Source: Myxococcota bacterium (GTDB lineage: Bacteria > Myxococcota_A > UBA796 > GCA-2862545). Taken from it: DNA of 64,000 bases. The notes beneath the pieces were generated by a model. That model saw only the letters and a list, made by a program, of their open reading frames with translations, was not told the origin of the DNA and searched no databases. The DNA is taken from the NCBI GenBank assembly GCA_039208735.1, contig JBCCQY010000012.1, positions 1-64,000 of the forward strand, in the 5' to 3' direction. A program made the position numbers and the translations under genes. Every line of letters begins with the position of its first letter. Position 1 is the first letter of the stretch. This document shows, piece after piece, positions 19,446 to 28,510 of the stretch.

Positions 19446-19958
19446 TCAGTCGTTGTAGAAGCTCGCAACTCCGATCACCGCGCGCTCATCACTGAGCGAG
19501 ACCCCATCGGCATCTTCGACCGTGACCGAGACCGTCAGGGTCTGCCCTTCGAGCTCGGAATCATCCTGAATGTCGAGGAGGATCCGGCGCCCGATCATCT
19601 GGTACACACCTGGGGTGTCGCTCGCGGCGATTCCCTGCCGGAAATCAACCGTATCGGCGCCTTGTAATCCAGAGACGATGGTGCCGTCCTCGCGACGAAC
19701 TTGAAACGTCGTGAGCGGGTTGCGAGGATCCGACAGGTCATTGGCGCTGCCGGGGTCGATCCCTTGCACGAGGATGCTGCCTTCGAGGTGGTAACCACCT
19801 TGAGGGCCGAAGATGATCACGATGTCATCGCCGTCGTCGAGTGACACGAAGCGATCGAGGCCGGTGCCCAGTTCGATGCCCGGGTCGAGGACGACGGGAT
19901 CGTCTGGACCAGACGGATCGTTCGTACACGCGAGCAACGCGATCAGAGGCAGAGGCAT
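19446..19958 (-). CDS. Hypothetical lipoprotein
   Basis: MPLPLIALLAC; 'GPQGGYH' motif; overlaps the kelch gene end. Confidence 0.75.
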   Translation of the reverse strand: MPLPLIALLACTNDPSGPDDPVVLDPGIELGTGLDRFVSLDDGDDIVIIFGPQGGYHLEGSILVQGIDPGSANDLSDPRNPLTTFQVRREDGTIVSGLQGADTVDFRQGIAASDTPGVYQMIGRRILLDIQDDSELEGQTLTVSVTVEDADGVSLSDERAVIGVASFYND

Positions 19959-21145
19959 TGGCAGTCGTCCGAGCGGCGGGCACAGGATTCACCCGACGTC
20001 GCCCCGATGAGTTCGATCCACGTGTCGGTCTGCAGATCGTAGCGCCAGGTGTCGTCGAGGTGGTCGCTACACTCGGCGTGCAGTCCGCCGAAGATCCACA
20101 GGCTGTCGTGCATGACGGTGGTCATGGCGTTGTGACGTCGCTCAGGTGCGGTGAGGTCCTGCTCGACGAACGTGGCTGGAACCTCGCTGGGGTTCCCCAG
20201 GCAGCCGAGGCCGCCGAGCAGCACGTCGGCGAAATAGACCTCGCTCCATGCGCCGGTCTCGGGGTCCATCTGCCACAGGTCGTTTTGATCGCCAAAGTCG
20301 GTGTGCCCACCGAACAACAGGTAGCGATCGAGCTTCGAATCGTACGACATCTGCGCGTGCATGCGGGTGGACGGGGCAAAGGTGGCGCCGCCGTTCAGCT
20401 CCATCCATTCCCCCGACTCAAGGTCGAGAGCGAACGCGTCGTTGTAAGCGAAGCTGACGAAGTTGCCTTCTTGACCGCCGAAGATCACGAGGCGATTGCG
20501 AGCCGTGTCGTGCAAGCTGCCCAGGAAACTGCGGCGGGACGGCTTGTCGCCCGTCGTGGTGATGCGTTCCCACGCGGTGCCGTCCCACGACCACAGTTGC
20601 TGCGTGATGTTGAAGGTCAGCGGGTCGGTGTTGGTGTTGCCGCCCCAGATGTAGAACTTGCCCGACGCTTGGTCGTAGGCGCCCTGGGCGTAGTATCGCG
20701 GAGCCGGGCCGCCACGGCCATCGTCGAGAAGCGTCCATTCACGCTTGCCGAAATCGAACTCCCAAAGGTCGTTGTACAGGGTGTAATCGCCCGTTTCGCC
20801 ATCTTGGCGCCAGCGACCGCCGAACAGCAACGCCCGACCGCCTTCCTCGTCAATGGCGATCGCGTAGCGCGCCCGGGCCGAGGGGGCGGTCTCCGTCTCC
20901 ACCATCGTCCAGCCCTTGCCGGGTTCGAACAACCAGGTGTCGTCGAGGTACTTGGCTCGTGGGATCTGGTTGACCACCAGTCCCTCGTTGCCCGCAAAAA
21001 TCAAGATTTCATTGCCGGCTTCGTAGGCGGCAGGCCTGATCTCGGACCGTTTGCTGGGAGTCGTTTGGGTCTCGATCACATCGAGGTCGGGCGTGCCGCC
21101 ACACGCCGCAAGAAGGAGAGAAACCGCCATCCACGAGGGTCGCAT
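19943..21145 (-). CDS. Kelch-repeat beta-propeller lipoprotein
   Basis: Repeated P-x-x-R...hhFGG...ND.W units; lipobox LAAC; Cys-rich C-terminus. Confidence 0.88.
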   Translation of the reverse strand: MRPSWMAVSLLLAACGGTPDLDVIETQTTPSKRSEIRPAAYEAGNEILIFAGNEGLVVNQIPRAKYLDDTWLFEPGKGWTMVETETAPSARARYAIAIDEEGGRALLFGGRWRQDGETGDYTLYNDLWEFDFGKREWTLLDDGRGGPAPRYYAQGAYDQASGKFYIWGGNTNTDPLTFNITQQLWSWDGTAWERITTTGDKPSRRSFLGSLHDTARNRLVIFGGQEGNFVSFAYNDAFALDLESGEWMELNGGATFAPSTRMHAQMSYDSKLDRYLLFGGHTDFGDQNDLWQMDPETGAWSEVYFADVLLGGLGCLGNPSEVPATFVEQDLTAPERRHNAMTTVMHDSLWIFGGLHAECSDHLDDTWRYDLQTDTWIELIGATSGESCARRSDDCQCLCL

Positions 21146-21243
21146 GAGATTCGTGCTCCTGTTTGTTATTTGGCCCCGCACCGGCGGAGTGTATCGGCCG
21201 AAAGGCGTCTTGACGAGAAACGGCAGCAGTCGTATGCGGCTTC

Positions 21244-22068
21244 ATGCCGTATCCAGCCCCTGACCTCGCTCGACGAGGCGCAGTTGGCCGGTTTCTCACC
21301 GGGCTGACCTACCCCCTTCAGGGCTTCCGATTGGTGCTGACGCACCCGCAGCTCTGGAAGTACCTGGTCGCCCCGATGTTCCTCTCCTTGCTCGCACTGC
21401 TGGCTGCGCTCTACGGATCGGTGCGGCTCGTGGGCGCATTCGCGGAAACCGTCGAACCCGCCAATCTCGGTCAAGAACTGTCGTTCTTCATCTTGTCGGG
21501 ACTTGCCTACATCGTGGCCTTTGCACTCACCATGGTCGTGACCTACGTCGTGGCCAACTTGGTGGCGGTTCCCTTCAACGATCGCCTCTCCGACAAGGTG
21601 GAACAACTCACCTTGGGCCCGCTCGACGAGCCGTTCCATCTGGGAACCCTGATCACCGACCTGCTTCAATCCGTGATTCACTCTGCCCTTTCGCTGTTTC
21701 TTTGGGGCTTTGTGATGGTCGGCCTGCTCGTCTTTCATCTGGTGCCGGTCTTCGGCAACCTGATGTCGGTATTGGGCACGACGCTGGCCACAGGCTTCTT
21801 CTTGTCGCGTGAGATGATGGATGGCGCGATGTCGCGCCGACGCCTTGGCTACTTCCACAAGCTGCGCGTGCTCTGGGCCAATCGCGCGCTGTGCTTGGGC
21901 TTTGGCATGGTGGCGTCGGGCTTTCTGTGGTTGCCCGGACTCAACATCCTGCTCATGCCGATGGTCGTCGCAGGCGGCACCCTCATGTTTTGCCACCTCG
22001 AGACGCGCGAGCTGGTGCCCAATCGAGACGGGTCGGGCCCCTTCGTGGACCAACGCCGCCGCGGGTGA
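21244..22068 (+). CDS. EI24/CysZ-like membrane protein
   Basis: AVPFNDRLSDKVE, multiple TMs, PGLNILLMP..VAGGT. Confidence 0.85.
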   Translation: MPYPAPDLARRGAVGRFLTGLTYPLQGFRLVLTHPQLWKYLVAPMFLSLLALLAALYGSVRLVGAFAETVEPANLGQELSFFILSGLAYIVAFALTMVVTYVVANLVAVPFNDRLSDKVEQLTLGPLDEPFHLGTLITDLLQSVIHSALSLFLWGFVMVGLLVFHLVPVFGNLMSVLGTTLATGFFLSREMMDGAMSRRRLGYFHKLRVLWANRALCLGFGMVASGFLWLPGLNILLMPMVVAGGTLMFCHLETRELVPNRDGSGPFVDQRRRG

Positions 22069-22070
22069 GA

Positions 22071-22349
22071 CTACCCGAGCAGGTCAGGGTGGCGTTCCAG
22101 GTACTCTTTGGCCCAGACACACTCCACTTCGACGTCGAGGTGGGCTTCCTTGGCGTAGTTCACGGCCGCCTTGATGAGGGCCGCACCCGCTCCCTGACCC
22201 TGGATGTCGTTGGCGATTGCGGTGTCGATGAGGGTCAGGGTGCGCTCATGCCGATGGTAGGTGAGGGTCCCCAGCTCGTCCGAACCTCGGTCTACGGTGA
22301 AAGCGCCGCGCTCGCCAGCGCGGTGATGGACGTGCAGATCGTCGTTCAT
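22071..22349 (-). CDS. Small GNAT-family acetyltransferase (YjdJ-like)
   Basis: QGQGAGAALI...ECVWAKEYL; GAGG RBS. Confidence 0.85.
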   Translation of the reverse strand: MNDDLHVHHRAGERGAFTVDRGSDELGTLTYHRHERTLTLIDTAIANDIQGQGAGAALIKAAVNYAKEAHLDVEVECVWAKEYLERHPDLLG

Positions 22350-22356
22350 GGCGTCC

Positions 22357-23670
22357 TCAAAGGGTCTTTAGGTATTCGAGTACGGCCGTCCGTTCGTCGG
22401 CCGTCAACGCCTCCCCATAGCGATGTCCAGCGTTGCTCGCGCCCTCGACCGACGTGTCGTACAGCCACTCATCGGCCGGTGCGTCGGTGTAGGGCCAGCC
22501 CATCGTGGTGTGGTCGAGGGTCGTGTCGGTGGGATCCCGACGCCAGGTCGCAGGACGTGCGGCCGGATCGAGAACCCCCCGTAGATCAGGCACCGACCCG
22601 TTGTGAAAGTAGGGAGCGGTCGCCCAAATCCCATCGAGAGGTGGGGCGACGTACCCGACGGCAGGGGACTTCCCGGGGTTGCCCGCCGACCCAAACCAGC
22701 TGTCCTCAAGCCACGCGGTGAACGGCGTGTTGTCGAAGGCTCGGGCATAGACCGGGTCGGTGCCGATCTCCTCGAGCGGTACGATGACTTCGGGGTACTC
22801 GCGGCGGTTGCCATAAGTCCCATGGCAGCGGCTGCAATGCTCGACGAACGGGGCTTCGCCGTCGTTGGCCAAGCCCGCATCGAGGGGACCGGGGTATGGC
22901 GGCGGCTCCAGCGCCTCGAGCCAGGCCACAACATCGGAAAAGTCCGGGAGGATCCGTTCAGCTTGCGAAGCGTCCTCAATGGCCACGATGCTGATCTGCA
23001 GGATGAGCCGCTCGCGTTGCCCCAGGCCGAATCCGGTCCAGTAGAGTGAATCTCGGCGTTTGGCATGCCATAGTGGAGGCGTATCCGACCAGATGGGCGT
23101 GGCCGGAATCTCGTACGACGGCGTGTCAAGCCACCGCAGCGTGTCGGGCTCGCGATGCGCAGCCGCGGCCCGTTCAAGGCTGAACGCTGGGTTTACTCCG
23201 GCAAACGGCGTAATGGTGGCCGGGGTGACGGTGCGGCCTCCGCGGATGAACGGGGTCGCGGCTTCGGCTTCGGGGCTGTTGGGTCCGTACGTGGCGTCGA
23301 GCACCGTCTCGACGAGGCCGAAGAGGTTGACCCCAACGTCGGACGAAAAGTCGATGCGGGCGTCGCCGAGCCCCGCAATGAAGGTGCCTTCCACTTCTGC
23401 CGCATGGCAGCCCATGCACGTAAGGCCTCCGACCACTTCGACCCCATTGGGCGCCTCGAACAGGTTGTAGCTGCGATCCAGCTCGGCCGACCGACCCTCA
23501 CGTTCAAGTTCGTTGGCCGGGTTGGGGTTCGGAACCAGGTCGAACCAAAGGTCCGCCGGCACCCCGGCACCCACGAAGTCGCCGTAGCGGAGCACATCCC
23601 AGCCGGCATCGGGGTCTCCCGAGAGGACGGGATCGGAATCGGAACACGCCACCAAAGCAAGCCACCACAT
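22357..23670 (-). CDS. Di-heme c-type cytochrome lipoprotein, RoxA/MauG-like
   Basis: CMGCH, CSRCH, IGTDP, APPLDGIWATAPYFHNGSVP, SNAGH, LEYLKTL. Confidence 0.85.
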   Translation of the reverse strand: MWWLALVACSDSDPVLSGDPDAGWDVLRYGDFVGAGVPADLWFDLVPNPNPANELEREGRSAELDRSYNLFEAPNGVEVVGGLTCMGCHAAEVEGTFIAGLGDARIDFSSDVGVNLFGLVETVLDATYGPNSPEAEAATPFIRGGRTVTPATITPFAGVNPAFSLERAAAAHREPDTLRWLDTPSYEIPATPIWSDTPPLWHAKRRDSLYWTGFGLGQRERLILQISIVAIEDASQAERILPDFSDVVAWLEALEPPPYPGPLDAGLANDGEAPFVEHCSRCHGTYGNRREYPEVIVPLEEIGTDPVYARAFDNTPFTAWLEDSWFGSAGNPGKSPAVGYVAPPLDGIWATAPYFHNGSVPDLRGVLDPAARPATWRRDPTDTTLDHTTMGWPYTDAPADEWLYDTSVEGASNAGHRYGEALTADERTAVLEYLKTL

Positions 23671-23685
23671 GGGCTTGGCCTAACG

Positions 23686-24201
23686 CTACGCGGGGAACTC
23701 CGGATCGACGTTGGGCAAACGGCCGAGGACCGCTTGAACGGCAAACCCCAGCAGTGACAGCACACCGAGGGCCAAGCCGATCACGACACCAAGATCCACC
23801 AGGGCGCGCCACGGTTCGGGCAAGAGTCGAACGAGCAGCACGAGCACGACGATGCCCGCGACAAGCAACCGACTCACCAGCAGCCGACGGGGGGTGCCGT
23901 ACAACAGGCCCATGGCAACGAGAGGAGCCAATGCGATGCGCCACGGCGCTGGATCTTTGGCGATTCCGGCCGCGCGCACGACTACCCGGGGATTGAATTG
24001 AAGGTGAAAGCCCCGGTACGACTCGGTGTAGGCCATGAAGATGACCCAACCCACGGCGAGGGCCACGTGCCACGCCGCAAGCTCCATGTCGAACAAGCTT
24101 AAGGCCCGAGGCGCCAGTCGAAACACGGCCTGGCTCAAGATCAACACCACGCCACCCACACCCCAGGCCCAGATCGTCCATTCGGGGGTCGTCGTCGGCA
24201 T
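23686..24201 (-). CDS. Hypothetical integral membrane protein
   Basis: ~5 TMs; 'ESYRGFH..FNPRVV.RA' motif. Confidence 0.7.
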   Translation of the reverse strand: MPTTTPEWTIWAWGVGGVVLILSQAVFRLAPRALSLFDMELAAWHVALAVGWVIFMAYTESYRGFHLQFNPRVVVRAAGIAKDPAPWRIALAPLVAMGLLYGTPRRLLVSRLLVAGIVVLVLLVRLLPEPWRALVDLGVVIGLALGVLSLLGFAVQAVLGRLPNVDPEFPA

Positions 24202-24275
24202 TTGAGTCTCGCCCATGGGCTCCTCGTCGTTGGCTTCCGCGCCCTGCGTACGTAGCCTGCTATGCTCCGACCCGT

Positions 24276-24722
24276 ATGTCCTCTTCCTCTGCATCTGACG
24301 CGGATGTAGCCCGCGTCCTTGGCCAGTCGTCTCCTTGGTTACGTGGTGGCGCCCTTGCGTTGTGGTTGCTCGTCGCAGGCATCGGATCGTTGATTGTCGT
24401 GCAGACGTTCGTGGTCGACGCCGAGACACGTCCTGTCGGCTATGGCGCCATCGCCGTCCTCGCTGCGTACGCGAGCTTGGTGGTGTTGATGGTGGGCTTT
24501 GCGATGATGGCGCTCTCGCTGACGCGACAAGCCCGGGCGGTCGCCGAGGTGGAACAAGGCGAAGGGGCCGTACGGGACGTTCTGGCGCATGTGAGACGGT
24601 TCTGGCAGTTCTTCGCCATCACGTTGCTCGGCACTTGTTTCATTGGGTGTGGCGCCATCGCTACGGGCACGGCCGGGGCCATCGAGCAGATGATCGAGCA
24701 GCTGGGAGCGGACGATGAGTGA
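24276..24722 (+). CDS. Three-TM membrane protein (DUF5362-like)
   Basis: 'L.QSSPWL', 3 TMs, 'LAHVRRFW'. Confidence 0.6.
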   Translation: MSSSSASDADVARVLGQSSPWLRGGALALWLLVAGIGSLIVVQTFVVDAETRPVGYGAIAVLAAYASLVVLMVGFAMMALSLTRQARAVAEVEQGEGAVRDVLAHVRRFWQFFAITLLGTCFIGCGAIATGTAGAIEQMIEQLGADDE

Positions 24723-25182
24723 GGTTCCGCCTAGCTCAACCGAAGTGGATACGACCCCCCGGCAACGGGCGGAACCCGCGACCACGCTCGAGGTCCCCGC
24801 GGCGGATGTGGCCGACCCCGATCTACGCCTGGTCGCCACGACGGGATGCTCGCTGCGCATCGTGACCGCCTTTGCCCTGGTGCTCACGGTCGTGTGGACG
24901 CTCACCGCGGTGGTGTTTGCCGCACGCCTGATGGAAGACGCCCCCATTCTTGGCCGGGCCGTGATCCTGGTTCAGGCCATCGTGGCTTTGGGTGGCGTGG
25001 TGGCCTGCGCACAGATGGTGCGTCACCTAAGGGCCGTCCGCGACGCCAGGAGAGGCCGTCCCATCGCGGTGCGGCGGGCGCTTGCCGCCCATCGCGATTT
25101 CGTAGCCACGATACTCGTGTTGATCGCGCTGACCGCGCTGACGCTGATCGCGGGCCTCGCCTGGTGGCTGCTCGCCGGCTGA
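24715..25182 (+). CDS. Three-TM membrane protein, probable paralog of the upstream gene
   Basis: 8-bp overlap; similar 'RAV...G...VR..LA..R.F' segment. Confidence 0.6.
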   Translation: MSEVPPSSTEVDTTPRQRAEPATTLEVPAADVADPDLRLVATTGCSLRIVTAFALVLTVVWTLTAVVFAARLMEDAPILGRAVILVQAIVALGGVVACAQMVRHLRAVRDARRGRPIAVRRALAAHRDFVATILVLIALTALTLIAGLAWWLLAG

Positions 25183-25189
25183 GCGTGGT

Positions 25190-26152
25190 CTATGCACCCA
25201 GCCGCTGCTCGATGGCATCGCAAAAGGCCGAAAACGAGAGATCTCCGCCCAACGCGACCGGCAGCCCGGACTCGAGCGCCGTGGCGGCGGCATCGTGGAG
25301 GCGCTCGGCTTCGCTGTCGAGGCCCAAGTGCCGAAGCAAGTGTACGGCGGGCAGCAGGATGGGGAGGGGATTGGCCCGGTCGGTCCCATCGACCTCCGGC
25401 GTGTCGCCGTGCCCCGCGGTGAACAAGGTTGCGTCGCTGCCGTAGTTGATCGACGGTGCATTCGTGGCGCCCCCGACGAGGCCCGCACACAAGTCCGCGA
25501 CGATGTCGCCAAAGAGGTTGCCGCACAACAGCACCTCGAATTGCGACGGGTCGATCACGAGCTTCATGCAAAGGGCATCGACGATCACGTCCTCGCAGGT
25601 GATCTCAGGAAACTCCGAGGCGCCGACCTCCCGCGCGACCCGCAGGAACATGCCGTCCGAAAGCTTCATGATGTTCGCCTTGTGGACGATCGTGACCTTG
25701 GGCCGTCCCGTCTGGCGCGCCGTCTCGAAGGCATGCCTCGCGATGCGGGCCACCGCTTGTTCGGTGGTGACCTTGAGGCTTTCAAAGACGCCCTGGATGC
25801 TCTCATGTTCGAGGTGCGCGTACACGTCCTCGGTGGTCTCCCGCACCACGAGCAGATCGACGTCGTGGTGGCGGACCGGAACCCCGGGAAGGGGGCGAAT
25901 GGGCCGATGCTGGGCGTAGACCCCGAGTTCATCGCGCAACACCACCGACGGGGGGAGGCCTTCGCCTCGGGCATGCTGGTAGCCCACGAGTGCTGTCTTG
26001 GTGTGTGCCGCGCTGCGGAGCATGTCTTCGTGGGTCGCGTTGGGGGACGGATCGTCCCACGCGATGTCGGCTCCCGCGGCGTTGATGAGCGTTTGAACGC
26101 GACGGAACGTCGTCGGGGCATCGCCGTGGACGGCGGTCACTGCGTGGCTCAT
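25190..26152 (-). CDS. Isocitrate/isopropylmalate dehydrogenase family protein, degenerate (probable non-catalytic/regulatory subunit)
   Basis: Intact VTIVHKANIMKLSDG and VDALCMKLV.DPSQF; GDGIG, KGP..TP..S.N and NAD motif eroded. Confidence 0.85.
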   Translation of the reverse strand: MSHAVTAVHGDAPTTFRRVQTLINAAGADIAWDDPSPNATHEDMLRSAAHTKTALVGYQHARGEGLPPSVVLRDELGVYAQHRPIRPLPGVPVRHHDVDLLVVRETTEDVYAHLEHESIQGVFESLKVTTEQAVARIARHAFETARQTGRPKVTIVHKANIMKLSDGMFLRVAREVGASEFPEITCEDVIVDALCMKLVIDPSQFEVLLCGNLFGDIVADLCAGLVGGATNAPSINYGSDATLFTAGHGDTPEVDGTDRANPLPILLPAVHLLRHLGLDSEAERLHDAAATALESGLPVALGGDLSFSAFCDAIEQRLGA

Positions 26153-27159
26153 GCGGGCTCCAGCGCGTCGATGAGGGCGGCCGTGAATTCGGCCGTGTTG
26201 GCGGTGCCGCCGAGGTCACCCGTGCGAACGGACCCTTCGGCAAGCACCCGGTTGATGGCGTTGCGAACGCGCTGGCCCACCGCGTGAGCCCCCATCCACT
26301 CGACCATGAGGCAGCCGGAAAGCAACACCGCCAGTGGGTTGGCGATGCCCCTGCCTGCAATGTCCGGTGCCGTGCCATGGACCGCTTCGAACAGCGCCAC
26401 ATCGTGACCGATGTTGGCTCCTGGGACCACGCCCAGCCCCCCGACAAGGCCCGCACAGAGATCCGAGAAGATGTCCCCGTAGAGGTTCTCGAGGAGCAGC
26501 ACGTCGTAGCCCTCTCCGCCCCCTTGCGCGAGGGCCATCGACACCTGGTCGATCGAGGCCTCGTCTTGTTCGAGGAAGGGGTAGTCCTTCCCCACTTCAA
26601 AGAAAGCGTCGACGAATGCACCATCTCCCAAGGGAAGCACGGCCTTCTTGTGGCAGACCGTGATCTTGCGTCGACCGTGGTTTCGCGCGAACTCGAACGC
26701 CCATTTCGCGATGCGGGTGGCCGCGGCCTTCGAAGACAGCTTGAGCGACACCACGGTGTCGTTGCGGACCTGGTGTTCGATTCCCGCGTACAAGCCTTCG
26801 GTGTTCTCGCGGAGGACCACCAGGTCGACATCATCGTATCGCGATGACACGCCCGGCAAGCTGGCCACCGGGCGCCAACCCACGAAGAGCTGGAGCTTCT
26901 GCCGCAGCTGAACATTGGCCGAGCGGTAACCGCCGCCCTTGGGGGTGCCGAGGGGGCCTTTGAGGCCGATGCGGTTGCGGCGGAGGCTGGCGATGACGTC
27001 GTCGGGCAGGGGGTGCCCAGACGCTTCGAACGCGGCCTGTCCTGCTACGACCCGCTCCCACTCGACGGGGGCGCCCGCGGCATCGAGGACTTCCGTCGCT
27101 GCGCGGGTCACCTCGGGCCCGATCCCGTCGCCTTCGATCAGGGTGACGCGATGCTTCAC
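26149..27159 (-). CDS. NAD-dependent isocitrate dehydrogenase family protein (probable catalytic subunit)
   Basis: GDGIGPEV, KGPLGTP...SAN..LR, RENTEGLY, NLYGDIFSD, FEAVHGTAPDIAG, TGDLGG. Confidence 0.92.
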   Translation of the reverse strand: MKHRVTLIEGDGIGPEVTRAATEVLDAAGAPVEWERVVAGQAAFEASGHPLPDDVIASLRRNRIGLKGPLGTPKGGGYRSANVQLRQKLQLFVGWRPVASLPGVSSRYDDVDLVVLRENTEGLYAGIEHQVRNDTVVSLKLSSKAAATRIAKWAFEFARNHGRRKITVCHKKAVLPLGDGAFVDAFFEVGKDYPFLEQDEASIDQVSMALAQGGGEGYDVLLLENLYGDIFSDLCAGLVGGLGVVPGANIGHDVALFEAVHGTAPDIAGRGIANPLAVLLSGCLMVEWMGAHAVGQRVRNAINRVLAEGSVRTGDLGGTANTAEFTAALIDALEPA

Positions 27160-27263
27160 AGTGCTTCCTCTGGTTCGTGTGCACTCATGGCCGCAAGGTA
27201 GCCGCATTGGGAAGACCAGCACACCAGGCGAGCCTGCAGATAGAGTTCGGCATGGGGGTGGTG

Positions 27264-27710
27264 ATGTCGGATCCCGAACGGGACCTCGAGTTGTTGAAAC
27301 TGGTGTTCTCTCGTCACTTTTTGCTGAAGCTGGCTCGGGTCGACGCCAAGCTACTGGTCGAAGAGCGGCAGATGCTCGATGAGGTTTGCCCGCCGGCGAC
27401 GCTTCAGGAGCACGGACTCATGGCGGCGGACGGGACGCTGACGGCGGCTTGGGTGGACCAGCTCGAAACGGCCAGACGCGAACTTCCGGCTCGCCTCCCG
27501 ATGGCCGAAAAGCTCGCGATGATCACCCGTTTCGTCGATATGGCCGTCATCGACGGTGACCTTCACCATGACGAAGGCACGGTGTTGCTCGAAGCGGCAA
27601 CGGAGTTGGACGTCGATCCCGAGACCTTCAATGCCCATCTCGATGGGCTCACCGATCAGGTAGGCCAGGTGGAGTTGGCCGACCTCGAAGACACCCAATC
27701 GGATCCTTGA
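27264..27710 (+). CDS. TerB-family/tellurite-resistance-like protein
   Basis: LARVDA...EE; MAVIDGDLHHDE..LL..A..L. Confidence 0.65.
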   Translation: MSDPERDLELLKLVFSRHFLLKLARVDAKLLVEERQMLDEVCPPATLQEHGLMAADGTLTAAWVDQLETARRELPARLPMAEKLAMITRFVDMAVIDGDLHHDEGTVLLEAATELDVDPETFNAHLDGLTDQVGQVELADLEDTQSDP

Positions 27711-27715
27711 TCGGT

Positions 27716-28471
27716 TCAGGCGCCTGCTAAGGCCTTCTTGGCCACGCGATGTTCCTCGTCGGTGGAGCCTCGCTTCCAGTAGCTGCTGATGTAGAGCTGG
27801 TCTGGACCGAGTCCTCGCTCGTTCCGAAGGTAGCGCCGGAGGTCACGGATGTTGTTGAACTCACCGGCCACCCAGGCGCCAACGCGGCCTTCGGGCCAGG
27901 GCAACGCCCGCACCCGCTCGGCGAGGGCCAGGTTGCCCGGCTCGGGATGCGGATTGACGAGCCATTCCAGCGTGACTCCGGGAGGGCAGGTGAGCCGCTG
28001 TTCATCGGCAGAGTCTGGGATTTCAACGACGGCGTGACCTCGGGCCTCGGCGGGGAGTCGGGCGAGGTTGACGGCCAGAGCGGGAAGCCCGGACAGGTCG
28101 CTGGCCAGCAGGACGTGATCCGCGGTGACGTCGATGGGCTGGACCGCACCGGGCCCGGCCAGCAGCGCATCGTCTCCCGGGCTTGCCTGTAGGGCCCAAC
28201 CGGTGGCTGGGCCGGCAGGTTCGTGAATCACGAACTCCAGCGTAAGTGCAGGGATTGCCCGGTCGAATGCCCGGATGGTGTAGCTTCGCTTCGGCGCTTT
28301 AGGAAGTTCCACCGAAGGATCGCCGGGGTCAACGAGGAGCAGCTTTACGTAGCCGCCCTCCATCCCCTCAGGGAAGTCGTCGAGCGACGAACCTTTGAAC
28401 ACAATGCGCCTAAGATGAGGCGTTTGCTGCTCCACCGACGCCACCGTGACGCGACGCACTCGCTTGGCCAT
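27716..28471 (-). CDS. Siderophore-interacting protein (ViuB/YqjH-like FAD oxidoreductase)
   Basis: RSYTIR, EFVIH, GPA..WA, D.SGLPA, WVAGE, SSYW. Confidence 0.93.
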   Translation of the reverse strand: MAKRVRRVTVASVEQQTPHLRRIVFKGSSLDDFPEGMEGGYVKLLLVDPGDPSVELPKAPKRSYTIRAFDRAIPALTLEFVIHEPAGPATGWALQASPGDDALLAGPGAVQPIDVTADHVLLASDLSGLPALAVNLARLPAEARGHAVVEIPDSADEQRLTCPPGVTLEWLVNPHPEPGNLALAERVRALPWPEGRVGAWVAGEFNNIRDLRRYLRNERGLGPDQLYISSYWKRGSTDEEHRVAKKALAGA

Positions 28472-28510
28472 CGTTCCTCCTCTCCCACCCGTAGCGAGGT
28501 GGTGGAGGTC

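Noticed and set aside
25190..26152. Second IDH gene as a pseudogene or leuB
   Set aside because: Full-length intact ORF, translationally coupled, with selectively perfect partner-donated motifs; IDH-like KANIM segment and no leu genes nearby.
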